From Chiloscyllium plagiosum (lineage: Eukaryota), in NCBI RefSeq assembly GCF_004010195.1, contig NC_057720.1, positions 22,775,206 through 22,839,205 of the forward strand: a DNA stretch of 64,000 nucleotides. The letters are read 5' to 3'. Shown in pieces: positions 63,691 to 64,000 of this stretch. Position numbers and translations under genes: made by a program. The notes beneath the pieces are model-generated. The model made no database searches and was not told the DNA's origin. It saw nothing but the letters and a program-made list of their open reading frames with translations. Every line of letters begins with the position of its first letter. The first letter of the stretch is position 1.

Positions 63691-63897
63691 AAACAATAAT
63701 ATCAATAGGCTATTGCTTGCTCACTTAATCTTTCTCTGCCTGTTGTTTATTTTGGAAAGGAAATGAGGCATCATTGCTGTCATCCTAAACCTTACACAGA
63801 AATTCAGCCAATAAGCTGGCTGGTGATACCTATGTCTTTAAAATAGGTGTCAGGGATGGTCTTAGAAATAAATTATCTAATATGCTTAGGTCCATTA

Positions 63898-64000
63898 CAT
63901 AGAGTCATAGTCATACAGATGTACTGCATGGAAACAGACCCTTCGGTCCAACCCATCCATGCCGACCCAATATCCCAACCCAATCTAGTCCCACCTACCA
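63898..64000 (-). mobile_element. CR1 3' end running off the window
   Basis: Matches 51236-51330. Confidence 0.9.

Noticed and set aside
1..64000. Track ORFs as independent host genes
   Set aside because: Recognisable ones are broken CR1, RTE, PLE, Gypsy or SINE sequence or their antisense. The rest are short, often start at non-ATG codons and lack recognisable domains.

Overview
Repeat-dense vertebrate genomic DNA, most likely from a shark or ray. The tRNA-headed V-core SINEs look like elasmobranch HE1 and their partner CR1/HER1-type LINEs are abundant; this is recognition from memory, not a database match. Roughly half or more of the window is decayed retroelements: CR1 LINEs (three long copies), one RTE-clade LINE with an intact 5' end, at least three Penelope-like (PLE) families with minimal hammerhead ribozyme motifs, Rex1/Babar and L2-like fragments, a solo LTR, a Gypsy integrase fragment and several SINE families. 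No intact protein-coding gene, rRNA, true tRNA or CRISPR array is visible, and most recognisable track ORFs are retroelement pieces or their antisense. The unique DNA looks intronic for a minus-strand gene I cannot name, with two candidate phase-0 alternative first coding exons (38286-38324 and 34556-34585). The most interesting signals are structural: (i) three separate insertions that copied 170-280 bp of DNA from about 1.2 kb away, two fused to PLE ends and two bounded by target-site duplications (TSDs); (ii) a TSD-bounded CR1-PLE chimera whose junction is duplicated as a palindrome; (iii) many PLE hammerheads damaged at CpG sites. I see no convincing new biological system beyond these mechanistic footprints. 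Boundaries were read by eye and are approximate unless a TSD is quoted.
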